64,000 nucleotides of DNA. Source: Phaeosaccion multiseriatum. Its lineage: Eukaryota > Protista > Ochrophyta, other classes. Location: NCBI GenBank assembly GCA_965112735.1, contig OZ218954.1, positions 3,410,001-3,474,000 of the forward strand, given 5' to 3'. The position numbers and the translations under genes are program-made. Numbering within the stretch: the first letter of the stretch is position 1; every line of letters begins with the position of its first letter. This document shows, in pieces, positions 22,314 through 33,051 of the stretch. A model generated the notes under the pieces. It worked only from the letters and a program-made list of their open reading frames with translations, searched no databases and was not told the origin of the DNA.

Positions 22314-23813
22314 TCACCATTTTCCGTACCTTCGACGCTTCGCCCCCGACCAGCCTCCCCCATAGCTGTAACCTCCCCCGTAGCCGTAGCCCCCACCCCC
22401 CCCCCACGTGTAGGAGCCTTTCGCTCTCTTGGCCGCCCCACCACGGGGACCAGAGGCCACGGGCTTCCATCTCAATGCTTGCATTTCCTGCTTCAGAAAA
22501 CGCACAAAGTACGCCATTCTGTTGACGGCGTCCTTCAGGCCCAGGCACCAGGAGCAGTAAGCGTTTTCGGTGGCCGCCACGAGCGCGAATGTCTTTTCGG
22601 AGTGCTGACCAAAAAGCATGAGCTCGTCTCCGCTGATCACCGTCTTATGCAGCGCCGCTTTGCCTCCACAGCTGTCCAGATACTCCCGAAACTGCAGAAT
22701 CTCGGTCTCGCCCATGGCGTCCAAGGCCTCCGCGGTGTATCCGTACCTAGAGAGACACCAGTCTTTGTCCACGTATCTGGCGTGCTCAAACCTGTGGCCC
22801 TTGTACTTGCCCACGGAGAAGACCGAGTCTGCTCGGGGGGGGGGGAGCGATGGAGTGTCCCTGTCACCGGGCTTGGAGGCGGAGGAGTCCTCTCCTTTGA
22901 CAGCAGCAGCAGCAGCAGCAGCAGGAGTAGCTTCTTTGCTTTCTCCTTCCCCGTCCCCGGGACCCCCTCCTCCTGAATCTCCTCCTCCACCTTCCTCCGT
23001 CCGCGTATCTGCTGCTAAATCGTTGTCGCCCCCGCTGCGAAGAAGGGAATCGAGCAACTGGAGTGTCTTCGCTCTTTTGTTGTTCACCTGAGCCTCTGCT
23101 CCCGCCCTGTGTGCATTGTCCTCCGCTTGCTCCGTTGTCGTTTTCCTCGGTCGGCCTGCTCCGCCACGCCTTCCTCCCCTCCCCTCAGAAAATGGCAAGG
23201 GCTCATCCCCATACGCTTTGTAGTGGTCTGTGATTCTCTGGCTGAGCGCTGCCTTTGTCCCACTTATCGCTACTCCAAGGCCTTTGGCGGTCTCCTTCAG
23301 GTCCTTAAGCGATTGTGTGCTGCCTACTTTCTTCTGCTGCTCCTTAGTGAGAGATCGCTCAGCTGCTGCTGCTGCTGCTCCTGCTGCTGCTGCTGCCTCC
23401 ACTGCGGCGGCCCCTCGCTCCTCCACGGGAGCTTCCTCCGCGCTGACGCCCTCCTGCTGCTTGACGTAGAAGAGGAAGTCTCTCAGCCAAAAGGGAGGCT
23501 CCTTCTCCTCCTTGGCCCACGCCACCCAGTCCTTGTTGTTGGCCCGCGCAGTGCTGTAGGCCTTGCCCTTCAGCCATGCAGGACCTTGCTCAAACGTCGT
23601 GTCGCCCGAGGTGAGTGACAGCGGTCCGTCGAACACGGAGGGCATGTCCAGGTAGCTCCGTAGAGGTACGATATCTGGCGGCACATCCTCCACCGACAAT
23701 CGCTTCACGCATCGAGCAAAGGCTTTCCGTTTCTTGACGACGTCCGCGAAGGATTCCCCGTTGGCCAGGAAGGTGCTTCCCAGCAGCTCGACTGGCTTTG
23801 TAGAAGAGTTCAT
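22314..23813 (-). CDS. Intronless SAP-domain protein with repeated FG(K/Q)(Y/H)xG-type modules
   Basis: SLKDLKETAKGLGVAISGTKAALSQRI matches the SAP motif. Modules FSVGKYKGHRFEH...DKDWC, LFGQHSEKTFALV....AYCSWC and FEQGPAWLKGKAYS...NKDWVAW. Gly/Tyr-rich C-terminus. Confidence 0.75.
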   Translation of the reverse strand: MNSSTKPVELLGSTFLANGESFADVVKKRKAFARCVKRLSVEDVPPDIVPLRSYLDMPSVFDGPLSLTSGDTTFEQGPAWLKGKAYSTARANNKDWVAWAKEEKEPPFWLRDFLFYVKQQEGVSAEEAPVEERGAAAVEAAAAAGAAAAAAERSLTKEQQKKVGSTQSLKDLKETAKGLGVAISGTKAALSQRITDHYKAYGDEPLPFSEGRGGRRGGAGRPRKTTTEQAEDNAHRAGAEAQVNNKRAKTLQLLDSLLRSGGDNDLAADTRTEEGGGGDSGGGGPGDGEGESKEATPAAAAAAAVKGEDSSASKPGDRDTPSLPPPRADSVFSVGKYKGHRFEHARYVDKDWCLSRYGYTAEALDAMGETEILQFREYLDSCGGKAALHKTVISGDELMLFGQHSEKTFALVAATENAYCSWCLGLKDAVNRMAYFVRFLKQEMQALRWKPVASGPRGGAAKRAKGSYTWGGGGGYGYGGGYSYGGGWSGAKRRRYGKW

Positions 23814-24011
23814 TCGTGCTCTGCTACACTTCTTGTCACACAGCTGTCAGTTGGCAGTTGGGTTGGGAAAAATGGAAAGAAAAAAGATCGAAAAAAGGAG
23901 GAAGGCCGGCATCTGTGATGGGCATTGGTGCTCCAAAATCTCCTCCGGTATCAGACAGTGGACTGGTTCAAGAAGGGAGGAGGAGGAGGAGGAGGAGAGA
24001 AAAGGGGAGCA

Positions 24012-24998
24012 ATGTCGGAGGAGGCGGCGTCAACAGCTGCTGCCGCGGCGGCTGCTTCCTGCCGTACTGATACTTTGCCCTCCTCCCGGATCTCTGCTCG
24101 TCGCCAAGCTGCAGGCGGAAGCAGTGACTCCAGCAATTCCAGCAGCAGCGCCAAGGGCGCAGTGAGAGAGATTGTGGAAAAGATTTTTTTGCTTGACGAC
24201 GAGTTCAATCGGCTGACGCAGGCGAGGGCCGCCATCGCTACGGAGATCGAAACCCTGGGAAGAGAGGAAGAGTCGCTTGAGAGGACTCTCAAGGCACATT
24301 CTGTAGGGGGGGGAGGGGCCAGAGCCCCAGTACCAGCACCAACCGCGGCAGCGGCAGCGGCAGCAGCGCCAGCAGCGCCAGTAATAACAGTCGCACTAGC
24401 ACCACCACCAGCACCAGCTACACCTGCAGCGATAGTAGACACTCCCAAGTGCAGGCCCCCAGAGGAATGGGTAACCTTCCTCCCGTACGCGCCAGTGTGC
24501 CCCCCAAGGAAGAAGAGGCGCAAGTTTCTAGCCTCTGTGCCCGTCAACAGGCCGGGGTCTCCCTCTGGAGGTGGCGCCGCAGTGGATACGGATGTGGATG
24601 CGCATGCCGGTGCTGAAGCTGGAGCTAGTGGAGGCGGGGGCCCCATGGGGAGTGATCCTCAGGGCGGACAAAGGAACGAACAAGAGGGCGAAGACGAGGA
24701 CGATGACGATGAAGAAGAGGACGACGACGACCTCTTGATGAGCGAGGGTGAGGAAGACAGTAGCGACGCTGACAGGGGTGATGGTGGGAGGGGCAACGAC
24801 GACCATGCTGGTGCTCGCGGCGCTAGGGCTGGACCTCCTCCCCCTCCCCGTCCTGCTTCTGCTGCTCCTACTGCTGCTGCTGCCGGTGAGGGTGCTGCTG
24901 CTGCTGCTGCTACTGCTGCTGACGGTGGTGGTGCTGCCTGTGGTGGTGGTGGTGGTGGTGGTGGTAGTGGTGGTGGCGATGGTATCCCCGGCGGTTGA
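24012..24998 (+). CDS. Hypothetical protein: coiled coil, PRKKRRK NLS-like motif, acidic tract
   Basis: Open frame from ATG 24012; VREIVEKIFLLDDEFNRLTQARAAIATEIETLGREEESLERTL. Head-to-head with the SAP gene. Confidence 0.55.
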   Translation: MSEEAASTAAAAAAASCRTDTLPSSRISARRQAAGGSSDSSNSSSSAKGAVREIVEKIFLLDDEFNRLTQARAAIATEIETLGREEESLERTLKAHSVGGGGARAPVPAPTAAAAAAAAPAAPVITVALAPPPAPATPAAIVDTPKCRPPEEWVTFLPYAPVCPPRKKRRKFLASVPVNRPGSPSGGGAAVDTDVDAHAGAEAGASGGGGPMGSDPQGGQRNEQEGEDEDDDDEEEDDDDLLMSEGEEDSSDADRGDGGRGNDDHAGARGARAGPPPPPRPASAAPTAAAAGEGAAAAAATAADGGGAACGGGGGGGGSGGGDGIPGG

Positions 24999-25679
24999 GA
25001 ATGATTGGGTACGGTAACACACAATTCGCCGATGCGTTGAGATACTCACGAGTCAGTACGACGCTCCGCGATGCTCAAGCATCGAACGCGGTGAGTTACA
25101 CGCACGCACACACACACACACACCTGCTTTGCTCTACACCGGGCGAGAAGGAGTCTGCCTACCGGCCAGTGAGCGACCGCCTGCGCCTGCCGGCCCCGTG
25201 GGTAGGGTAGCCTGCGCGTCGTGCATAGGTGCATATCTGTTGCCAGCACGGGCACGCACACGAGCACGAAGCCCAATGGGCATGAGAACAGCACTTCTAT
25301 CTCTGCAGCCCCTTCGCCGGCCACAATACAGGAGGGTAGGAGGGAATGTCTTTCTGAGGGGCTCCATCCCTAGTCAGCGGCTCCTGACTCCTGACTCCAG
25401 ACACCGTACCGACAACGGACGCGAGGGAAGAGTTCACACTCTTTCTCAAATGTCTCAACTCGGAAGCTCGTGGGGGGGGGGGATGGCTGTGAGGGCTTGA
25501 AGTGTTTGTTTATTTCGAGTGCTCAGTTTCCGTACAAACGAAGAGAGAGAAGAAAGGGGGCGGTGCGTTTTGCTCTCACTCACCGTCGAAAGACAGCTTC
25601 AATGAATTTGGAAACGACGAGATGGGTCCGGGGAGCAAGTGACTTTGCGCCCTCGAGGAAGATCCTCTGCCCGTCGCAA

Positions 25680-25845
25680 AGGGCAAAGGGCAGAGAGCAC
25701 AGAGCTCAGAGCAGCGAGAAGAGGGCACAAAGCAGAGGGCAGAGAGCAGAGAGAAGAGGGCACAGAGCAGATGGCAGAGGGCAGATGGCAGCGGGCGGAT
25801 GGCAGAGAGCACAGAGCAGATGGCAGAGGGCAGAAGGGCAGAGGT
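25680..25845 (+). repeat. Degenerate 7-bp (GCAGAGG/GCAGAGA) minisatellite
   Basis: ggcagagagcacagagcagatggcagagggcag repeats. Confidence 0.8.
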
Positions 25846-26259
25846 GTCTTTAGTGCTTGATACGAGTGGAACGGAGGAGCGTGGATGCGTCTGCCGTGGG
25901 TACGTCCGTCTGCCAGTCGCGGAGGAAGGTTGGGGGGGAGACGGTCACGGACCAAGAGGAGGGACAGAGGCGGGGCCGACTGGTGCAGATGTTGGTAGTC
26001 GGGGAGAAGGCGAAGGTGGTACCCACAAGTCATCAAAAGACAAGAGGGCGGGAAGGGAGAAGAAGTGTTTATTTGGTGGTGATGAGGCCGCGGCTTGTGG
26101 TCGTGAGGACCCTTCCACGTTCTAGCAAGATGGAACCCTGAAGAGAGAGAGGGGGGCATAACTGCGGAAGAACCTAAAAATGCACATATCACACACGCAA
26201 GGGAACAATGAGAATCAAGTGTTGTATTTACAATAAAGGCAAGCACTAGGGGGAAGTTT

Positions 26260-27198
26260 TTACTGCATCTTCCCAAGCTCTGCCTTTGCCCCTGCCTCCT
26301 CCAGCGCTTTCCTCTGCTCCTGCATTTCCTTGAGAAGCTGCAGCGCCTCCTTCATCTGCCCAGCCTTCCCAAGATAGTCCAAGACGAGAGTGTACGTGAT
26401 GACGTCAGGCGGTGTGCCGTTGGCCTTCATGTGATCCAACACGTCCAGCACCTTCCTCCATTGCCCGGCCTTCCCACATGCGTCAATCGCCAGTGTGTAC
26501 GTAGCCATGTCTATGGGCGTGTGTCCATTTGCGGTCATCTGTTGCACAAGATCCAAAATGGTTTGGCAGAGCAGCGGTGGGGCAGCTCCTCCTCCTCCTC
26601 CTCCCTCTCCTTCTTGTCGCCCCCCTTCATCAACACTCGCAGCCGCATCCGCCACGGCAGAGATGGAAGTGGTATAGTCAATAGCCCTTGGAGTTAGACC
26701 TCCCTCCTCCTTCATCTCCACCAGCAGGCCTAGAATCGTCTTGTATTGCCCGCCCTTCCTCGCCGTCTCGATCGCCATCGAGTAAGTAAACTTGTTTGGT
26801 GTGAGCCCGGCTTGCTTCATCTCCACCAGCAGAGCAAGCCCGTCCTCCCACATTCCGCACCTTCCGAAAGCATTAATGGCAGCGCCAAAGCTATTTACGT
26901 CGGGCTGCAGGCCCGACTCCTTGGCCTGGATCCATGCCTGTCTCACCCCTTCTCCGTCTTTGTGAGAACACCTCTTTCTGATAGCCTCCATTAACTTGAT
27001 CTGTCTTCCCTTGTCCTCCCTTGCACTTTCCCCCCGGCTTCTCACTTCGTTACTCATGCTCCTCCTCCGCGGCACTGCCGCTGACGAGGCTCCAACGCGC
27101 ACACCCGCGTCCTGCGCTCTGCTGGCGATTGCTGTTGCTGCATAAGCCCTACCCCCTGAAGCAGAGCAGCATCGCCTCATCGCTCCTAGTAGCGACAT
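26260..27198 (-). CDS. Short PPR protein (about 5-6 motifs), probable mitochondrial presequence
   Basis: PDVNSFGAAINAFGRCGMWEDGLALLVEMKQAGLTPNKFTYSMAI, TYTLAIDACGKAGQWRKVL, PPDVITYTLVLDYLGKAG. Arg/Ser/Ala-rich N-terminus. Confidence 0.9.
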   Translation of the reverse strand: MSLLGAMRRCCSASGGRAYAATAIASRAQDAGVRVGASSAAVPRRRSMSNEVRSRGESAREDKGRQIKLMEAIRKRCSHKDGEGVRQAWIQAKESGLQPDVNSFGAAINAFGRCGMWEDGLALLVEMKQAGLTPNKFTYSMAIETARKGGQYKTILGLLVEMKEEGGLTPRAIDYTTSISAVADAAASVDEGGRQEGEGGGGGGAAPPLLCQTILDLVQQMTANGHTPIDMATYTLAIDACGKAGQWRKVLDVLDHMKANGTPPDVITYTLVLDYLGKAGQMKEALQLLKEMQEQRKALEEAGAKAELGKMQ

Positions 27199-27978
27199 AG
27201 TGTCACTCACTGAAGAGATAAGGTGAAGGGGGAACCGGAGAGAAGTGGATCAGCAGAGCTTTTTTGCTTCGCGGCTTCCACATCCAGAGTCACTCACAAA
27301 TGGTCAGTGATATTCTTCTTCTTTCCACACACACACACACACACACTTTCACACTTTCAGTTTCTTAGGTGATTCCTATTAAGTCAATAAAGTTTTCTTC
27401 TTTCCTCTTCTCGACTCTTCCCTCTCCGTCCTATAACCCCCTCCTGTCCTATCGTAGCCTCTAGAGCCCCTCTGCGTACAGAGAAGCGAGAAGACAAACT
27501 TTGAGAAACCTGACTACGAGCCATGATGGTAAATAATAAATTTAAAAGTTAAAGTGTACGTTTAATGCAGAGAAGCGCCCCCCCCCCTCTGCCCCACCCT
27601 GCCCCTCCTCTTGTCCCTCCGTCTCTCGAGCTTCTCTCTCTCTGTCTGTCTGTCTGTCTCTCCTCTGACTCCAGCAAGTCTCCAACCACCACCCCCCCCT
27701 CCCCCATCGGTCAAGGTTAACGCCTCTCTCTTTTCCTCCGTCCAGCCAGCCGCTGCTGGGAGGACCCCCCCCCCCCATTAGTCTGTCCATCCGTCTGCTC
27801 CACACCTTCCCATTCATCTTCGTTGGATGGAGTATGTGTCCGTGCGTGTGTGTGTGTGCGCGTGAAGGAAAGCTACTGAGTGGCTCTTCTCCTTCCCCCC
27901 CTCTCCCACTCTCTGTGTCCAACTCCAGCCTCCCTCCTCCCTCCTCTCCCTATCATCCCCCCACCTCTTCTCCCTCCC

Positions 27979-30900
27979 CTACTCCAAATCTCTCGTCCAA
28001 GCCGTGCCGGTCCGTTGTGTGAACATCTTCTGCCTCCTTGGGTCCGGCGCATCGCTCTTCCTCAATGCCTCTCCCGACCCCCTCTTGTTTCGATAGGCCT
28101 CGTAAGCCTTGTCTAACTCCGCTACCTCTTCTGCCACCAGTTTCCATTGGAGGCACCCGACCAGCTCTCTCGCCTGTGCCAGAGACGTGAGGCCTGGCAA
28201 GGGGACGGCACCCTTGAAACGCACATAGTTGAGAGCGATTTGGACCTGCAAAAGAAGGGAAGGGTGGGTAGGTTTGAGAGAAGAGGGAGGGAGGGAGGAA
28301 GAGAGGGAGGGAGGGAGGGGGGAGGTGGGTAGGGCGCAGGGGATGGCAGTGGAGTATGGCAGTGGGGAGGCGGGCGGACGAGTAGGGTGAGGCGGTGCAA
28401 GGGTGTGTAGTTGGTTCAGAACAAAGCGCAAGAGAACACGGCTCACTATCCTTTTCCGCTCATCAGCAGCACTGCGCCTCCCTACCCTCTTCCCCCTCCC
28501 TTCCTCCCACACCCCCCCCCCACTCAACACTCAAAACTCACCGTGGACACAACCACCTCTCTAAGTTTGGGCTCCTCCACCTCCTCCATCATTTGATCCA
28601 TCCCGAGGTCCTCCACCTCCTGCATATAGTCCTCCCACTTTTCAATCTTGGCGAAGTCTTCCTCGTAGATACGCGCTTGAATCACGTCCACGAGTCTCTC
28701 CAGGCACTTGTGAATCGGTTGGAGGGGCTCAAGGTCTTCGAAGTTGTACTTCGGGGGGCCCATTTTGCCGCCCGTGGGGTTTCCAGCCGTGTAGATACCA
28801 GTGGCAAGGCCCTATTGTGCGTTGTGTGCGTGTTTGTGTGCGTGTGTTGTAGGGTGGAATAAGGTTGGGGACACGAGGGAGGTCGGGTGGGATAAGGCAG
28901 GGCAGGGTGGGGTAGGGCAGGATGGGGGGGGGTACGGGACAAAGTACGGTAGGGAAGGGGGCACTCACGAGGTTAATCAACTTCAACTTCCACCGAAGCC
29001 CAATCAACTTAAACTTCAACTGAAACCCCCACTCAACCCACCTGAGCCAGCGGAGTGTGGGCAATGGGCACGATCCCCATGTCCAGGCATGCCTGTATGG
29101 TGCCATCCAGGTAGGCCTCCTGGTTGACGATGGAGAACTCCACTTGGTTGCTCACAAGCTTGGCTCCATACTTGTCCAAGCGCTCTGCAAAGTCCTCCAT
29201 CTCTTCGGCGTTCATGTCAGTCACGCCAATAAACCTTTGGGGAGGAATGGGGGTGGGGTAGGACGGGATGGAGCACGTGTGTGTTACAGCACGCATACAC
29301 CCATACACACGGGAAGGCACACGAATACACACACACACACACGCACACACACACACGAATACACACACACGCACACACACACTCACACACACGAATACAC
29401 ACATACACGCACACACACACATGAATACACATGCACACACTCACTTGCACAGGCCTTCCTCCACGCAGACGGAGAGCCCTTCCGCCAAGGCATCAAGCCC
29501 TCCAATGTAAGGGAACTCAAGCTTCGGCACCTGGCAGATACACCAACACCAAGGGGGGGGGGGAGGACAAAGGCAGTCGGTCGGTCGGTCGGTCCAAAGG
29601 CTTCCTTCTCGAAAATCAAAATCGAGGTGATGCAGACCACTTGGGTGTTGGGAACCGCTTACGGCTCTCAGTGTGACACTTTTATATCGTACTTACTCTT
29701 ACGCACCTGATACAACTCGATGCTTGGCAAGTCCAACCGGGCGAGAGAAGCCTTCAGCGCCACTGCAATCGCCCGTCTACCGCCCCTAATGGTGGGGAGG
29801 AGACTCATCCCGCGGCGGAGGTTCAACAAGGGCAGAGGGTTGTACCTGGCTGCCACCATGGTTGGTTCCTCCTGCGGCAGTTCATTGCAAATAGGAATTG
29901 ACATTGAGTTGCATGAATGGATGAAAACATTGCACGAACACACACGCACACACACAGAGAACACAGGTGGTGGAGTGGAACGCCAAGACAACGACCAAGT
30001 GTCAAATTAAGGCATACGCTCCTCCTCCTCCTCGTCCTCCTCCTCCTCCTCCTCCTCCTCCTCCTCCTCCCCATTCCTCCTCTTCCTTCCCCCCCCCCCC
30101 CTCCTCCTCCTCTGTAGACTATATTCTCACCCCCTCTGTCCCATTTTCGATGCACCACGCAACGAGATCCTCTGCGGAGAGGTCGTCTTTGAAGCGTTCG
30201 CACTGGTACAGCTCAGACGTGTCGTAGTAGCTAATGCCTGATGGGTAGGTAGGTGGGTAGGTAGGTGGGTAGGTAGGTAGGTAGGTAGGCAGGTAGGGTG
30301 GTAGAGGGAGGGAAGCGAGAGGCAGGAGAGAAGGAAGGGATAGGAAGAGGAAGAAGGAAGGCAATGGAGAGGAAGAAGCGATAAGGAAGGAAGCGATAAT
30401 AAACTGATGGAACTTGAAATAAAAAAAAAACACTCCAACCCACCCACACCCACCGTTCCGAGCGAGCAGGTCAAAGGCCTTGACGAGCCCTTTTCGGCTG
30501 TGAATGCGCTTCTTGTACTTCTTTCGATCCTTCTTGGTGGGCTTCTCTACAAAGTCCTCCTCCGGGTCACCCCAGCGCATTGTCCCCACACCCATGTTGT
30601 TGGGGATGGAGAACTTGGTGGGGTCACGGGGTTCCCTAGTGAGAGGGGGGGGGGGGATAGAGAGAGTGGGGAGAATGAACAGAGGAGGTGCTTCAATAAC
30701 AGGCTTCATTTGAAGAGGTGTCAAGGATGGACGGGATAGGGAGGAGGGAGGACGGAAGGAAGAATAGACGTGAGTAGCCAAATACCAACGGGGTGGGGTG
30801 ATGTGCCGTGGTGATGCATGCATTGGACTTGTACCAGCCAAGCCTCCCCTCCTCCCTCCCTCTCACTTCTTTTTCTTGGTCGGCTGCGCAGGCTTCAGCG

Positions 30901-31732
30901 CACTCCTGGACCCCTCCCGCTCCAGCTGCTCCAGCCTTTGCTGCATCTCCTTCTCCTTTTGTCTCTCTCTAAACTCCTCCACCCTCTTGCGCTTCGCTGC
31001 CTCATCCGCCTCCGACTCCACCGGTGCCTCAAGTGAAGCCATCATCTCCAGCCGTTTGAGCTGGGCAGCCGGGTCCTCGTCTAGCAGCTGGGCAGCCGGG
31101 TCAGCATCATCATCATCACCGCCTACCGCTGCTGCTGTTGCCTTCTTCGGTCTCCTCGTCGCCTTCACCTTCTTCTTCGTGTCCGCCCCTCCTCCCCTAT
31201 CGTCCGCCAGCAATTCCAGCTCCTTCAGTCGGGCAGCTGGGTCATCCTCCTCGCCGCCAATCGCTGTTGCCTTCGTCGGTCTCCTCCTTGTCGGCTTCAC
31301 CTTCCTCTTCGTTTCCTCTGCTCCTCCTCCTCCTCCACTGCCCTTGACGACCTTCCGCACTGCTGGAGTCGGGATTGCCTCGTCATCCTCTTCATCACCC
31401 ATTCTTACTTCGGGGGTCTTCCTCCGAGGCTTGAACTTCTTCACTTTCTTCGCCTTGGGCTTGTCCTCATCGTCGTCGTCAGCAAAATCATCGTCCTCCT
31501 TGGCCATCAACTTGCTGCTCTCGCTGGCTCTACTGCTGCTGACGATGCTCATGCCCCCGACGCGGATACCCCTTCCGCTTCCCACACTGCTGAAGCTCTT
31601 GGCCCATGTCTTGCTGCAACTGCTACTTCTGCTGCTGCTGCTCGTCGTGGCGGCCAAGGGCCCCTGAAAGGCAACCACTTGTGCCACAGAGAGCAGCAGG
31701 AGTGTGGCCACCACAACACGCTGCCGCGCCAT
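27979..31732 (-). CDS. Multi-exon plastid-targeted aldo-keto reductase (pyridoxal-reductase-like) with long N-terminal extension
   Basis: MGVGTMRWGD, GISYYDTSELY, ALKASLARLDLPSIELYQ, FIGVTD, LVSNQVEFS, IAHTPLAQ/GLATG, QIALNYV..KGAVPLPG. N-terminus MARQRVVVATLLLLSVAQVVAF followed by a Ser-rich transit peptide. Confidence 0.88.
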
Positions 31733-33051
31733 GTTGGGACCTCGAGACTGGCCCTCTTGCGCTGTACTCAACTCCCCCGCTCCGCTTCCTCTCCTCTTCC
31801 TCGGAAAAACACCTCTCTCAATGTATCAACGATGCAACGATGAGCTCATGCAAATATTTATTATGTCAACGGGGGCGGTCTTATCCTTTTTTAAGAAAGT
31901 GTCTTCTCCTAGGATACAGAGCTCTCGCCCCGCAACACTGAAGTTAGAGAAGACCCTTGCATACCAATGGCATGAGTTGTGTTCACACTCATCTACCTAA
32001 ACTCCACTCGCCCTCTCTCCTTGATTAAATTAATTATACCACTTATTAGGGCCGGAGGCTGGGGACAAAAAACAACAATAACCTCGGTCGTCCGCAGGAG
32101 ATGCTGTCATTAGAGATCCTTTCGCATCCCCCACTGCCAATGCCCTTCCCTTTTGGCCTCGTCCCCTCACACTCCTTGCCCCCCCCCTCCCTTCGCTTTT
32201 ATTGCAATCCTTTCCCTCCCTTCGCTACTTCACAGGGCCCGCGTACACCAATTTCACTCTGGACGGTACGATGCCACTATCCTTCTTCTTTCCTCCCTTT
32301 TCATGACCCTCCGTCTCTTCGTGAGATACCTGCTCCTCCCCCTTGTCTTCCGGTACAACCCCTCTCCCCTCTCCCCTTCCCTGCAGTTCTTTCCTTGGAC
32401 TTTTTTTCTCTCTCTCTCTCTTTCTTTCTCTCTTTCTCTCTCTCCATCTCTCTCTGTCCCCTCCCTGACTGTGGTACTTAGCTCTTCAGGCCAGAGTTGA
32501 CTCCGAGAAGGAGATTCGAGGTCCATCGATATATTTGATCCGCAAGTGTCTGCTCGATCTGGACCAGCCCCGCCCGCGGGCCCATCGTCACGACCCAGTG
32601 ACCAAGCAGAGAAGGTCCAAGCAGATGGGGGAGGGCAGGCTCTCTTCTGCGGCCACACACTGGCCCACGTCGACAGGAGTCCAGTTGCTTGCAGGAGCGC
32701 GCCAACGCTGAGGCTCGTCAACGACTGGACACCATCGACCTTCCCCTTGGCTTATTAGTTGTACTGTAGTATTTTTTTTGCCATACAAAAATGCATTATA
32801 CACCTGTTGTATTTACCCCCCGTATGCCTCTCTTTTTCATGCATAATAACATAATACACGTATAATACCTCCGACCCCCGATCATCACATCCCTCCACTT
32901 GCGAGTATCCCCTCTCCCTATCCATTGCACGTTTCATCGCCCTCTTCTCCGAGGGAAGCCTCTTTCCTCTTCCAAGTGGGGAGCAATTTACACTGGCTTT
33001 GTCAACAGAGCTCTGGATCCGTTCTTACAGCTCACAGCCTTCGTGACGCAC

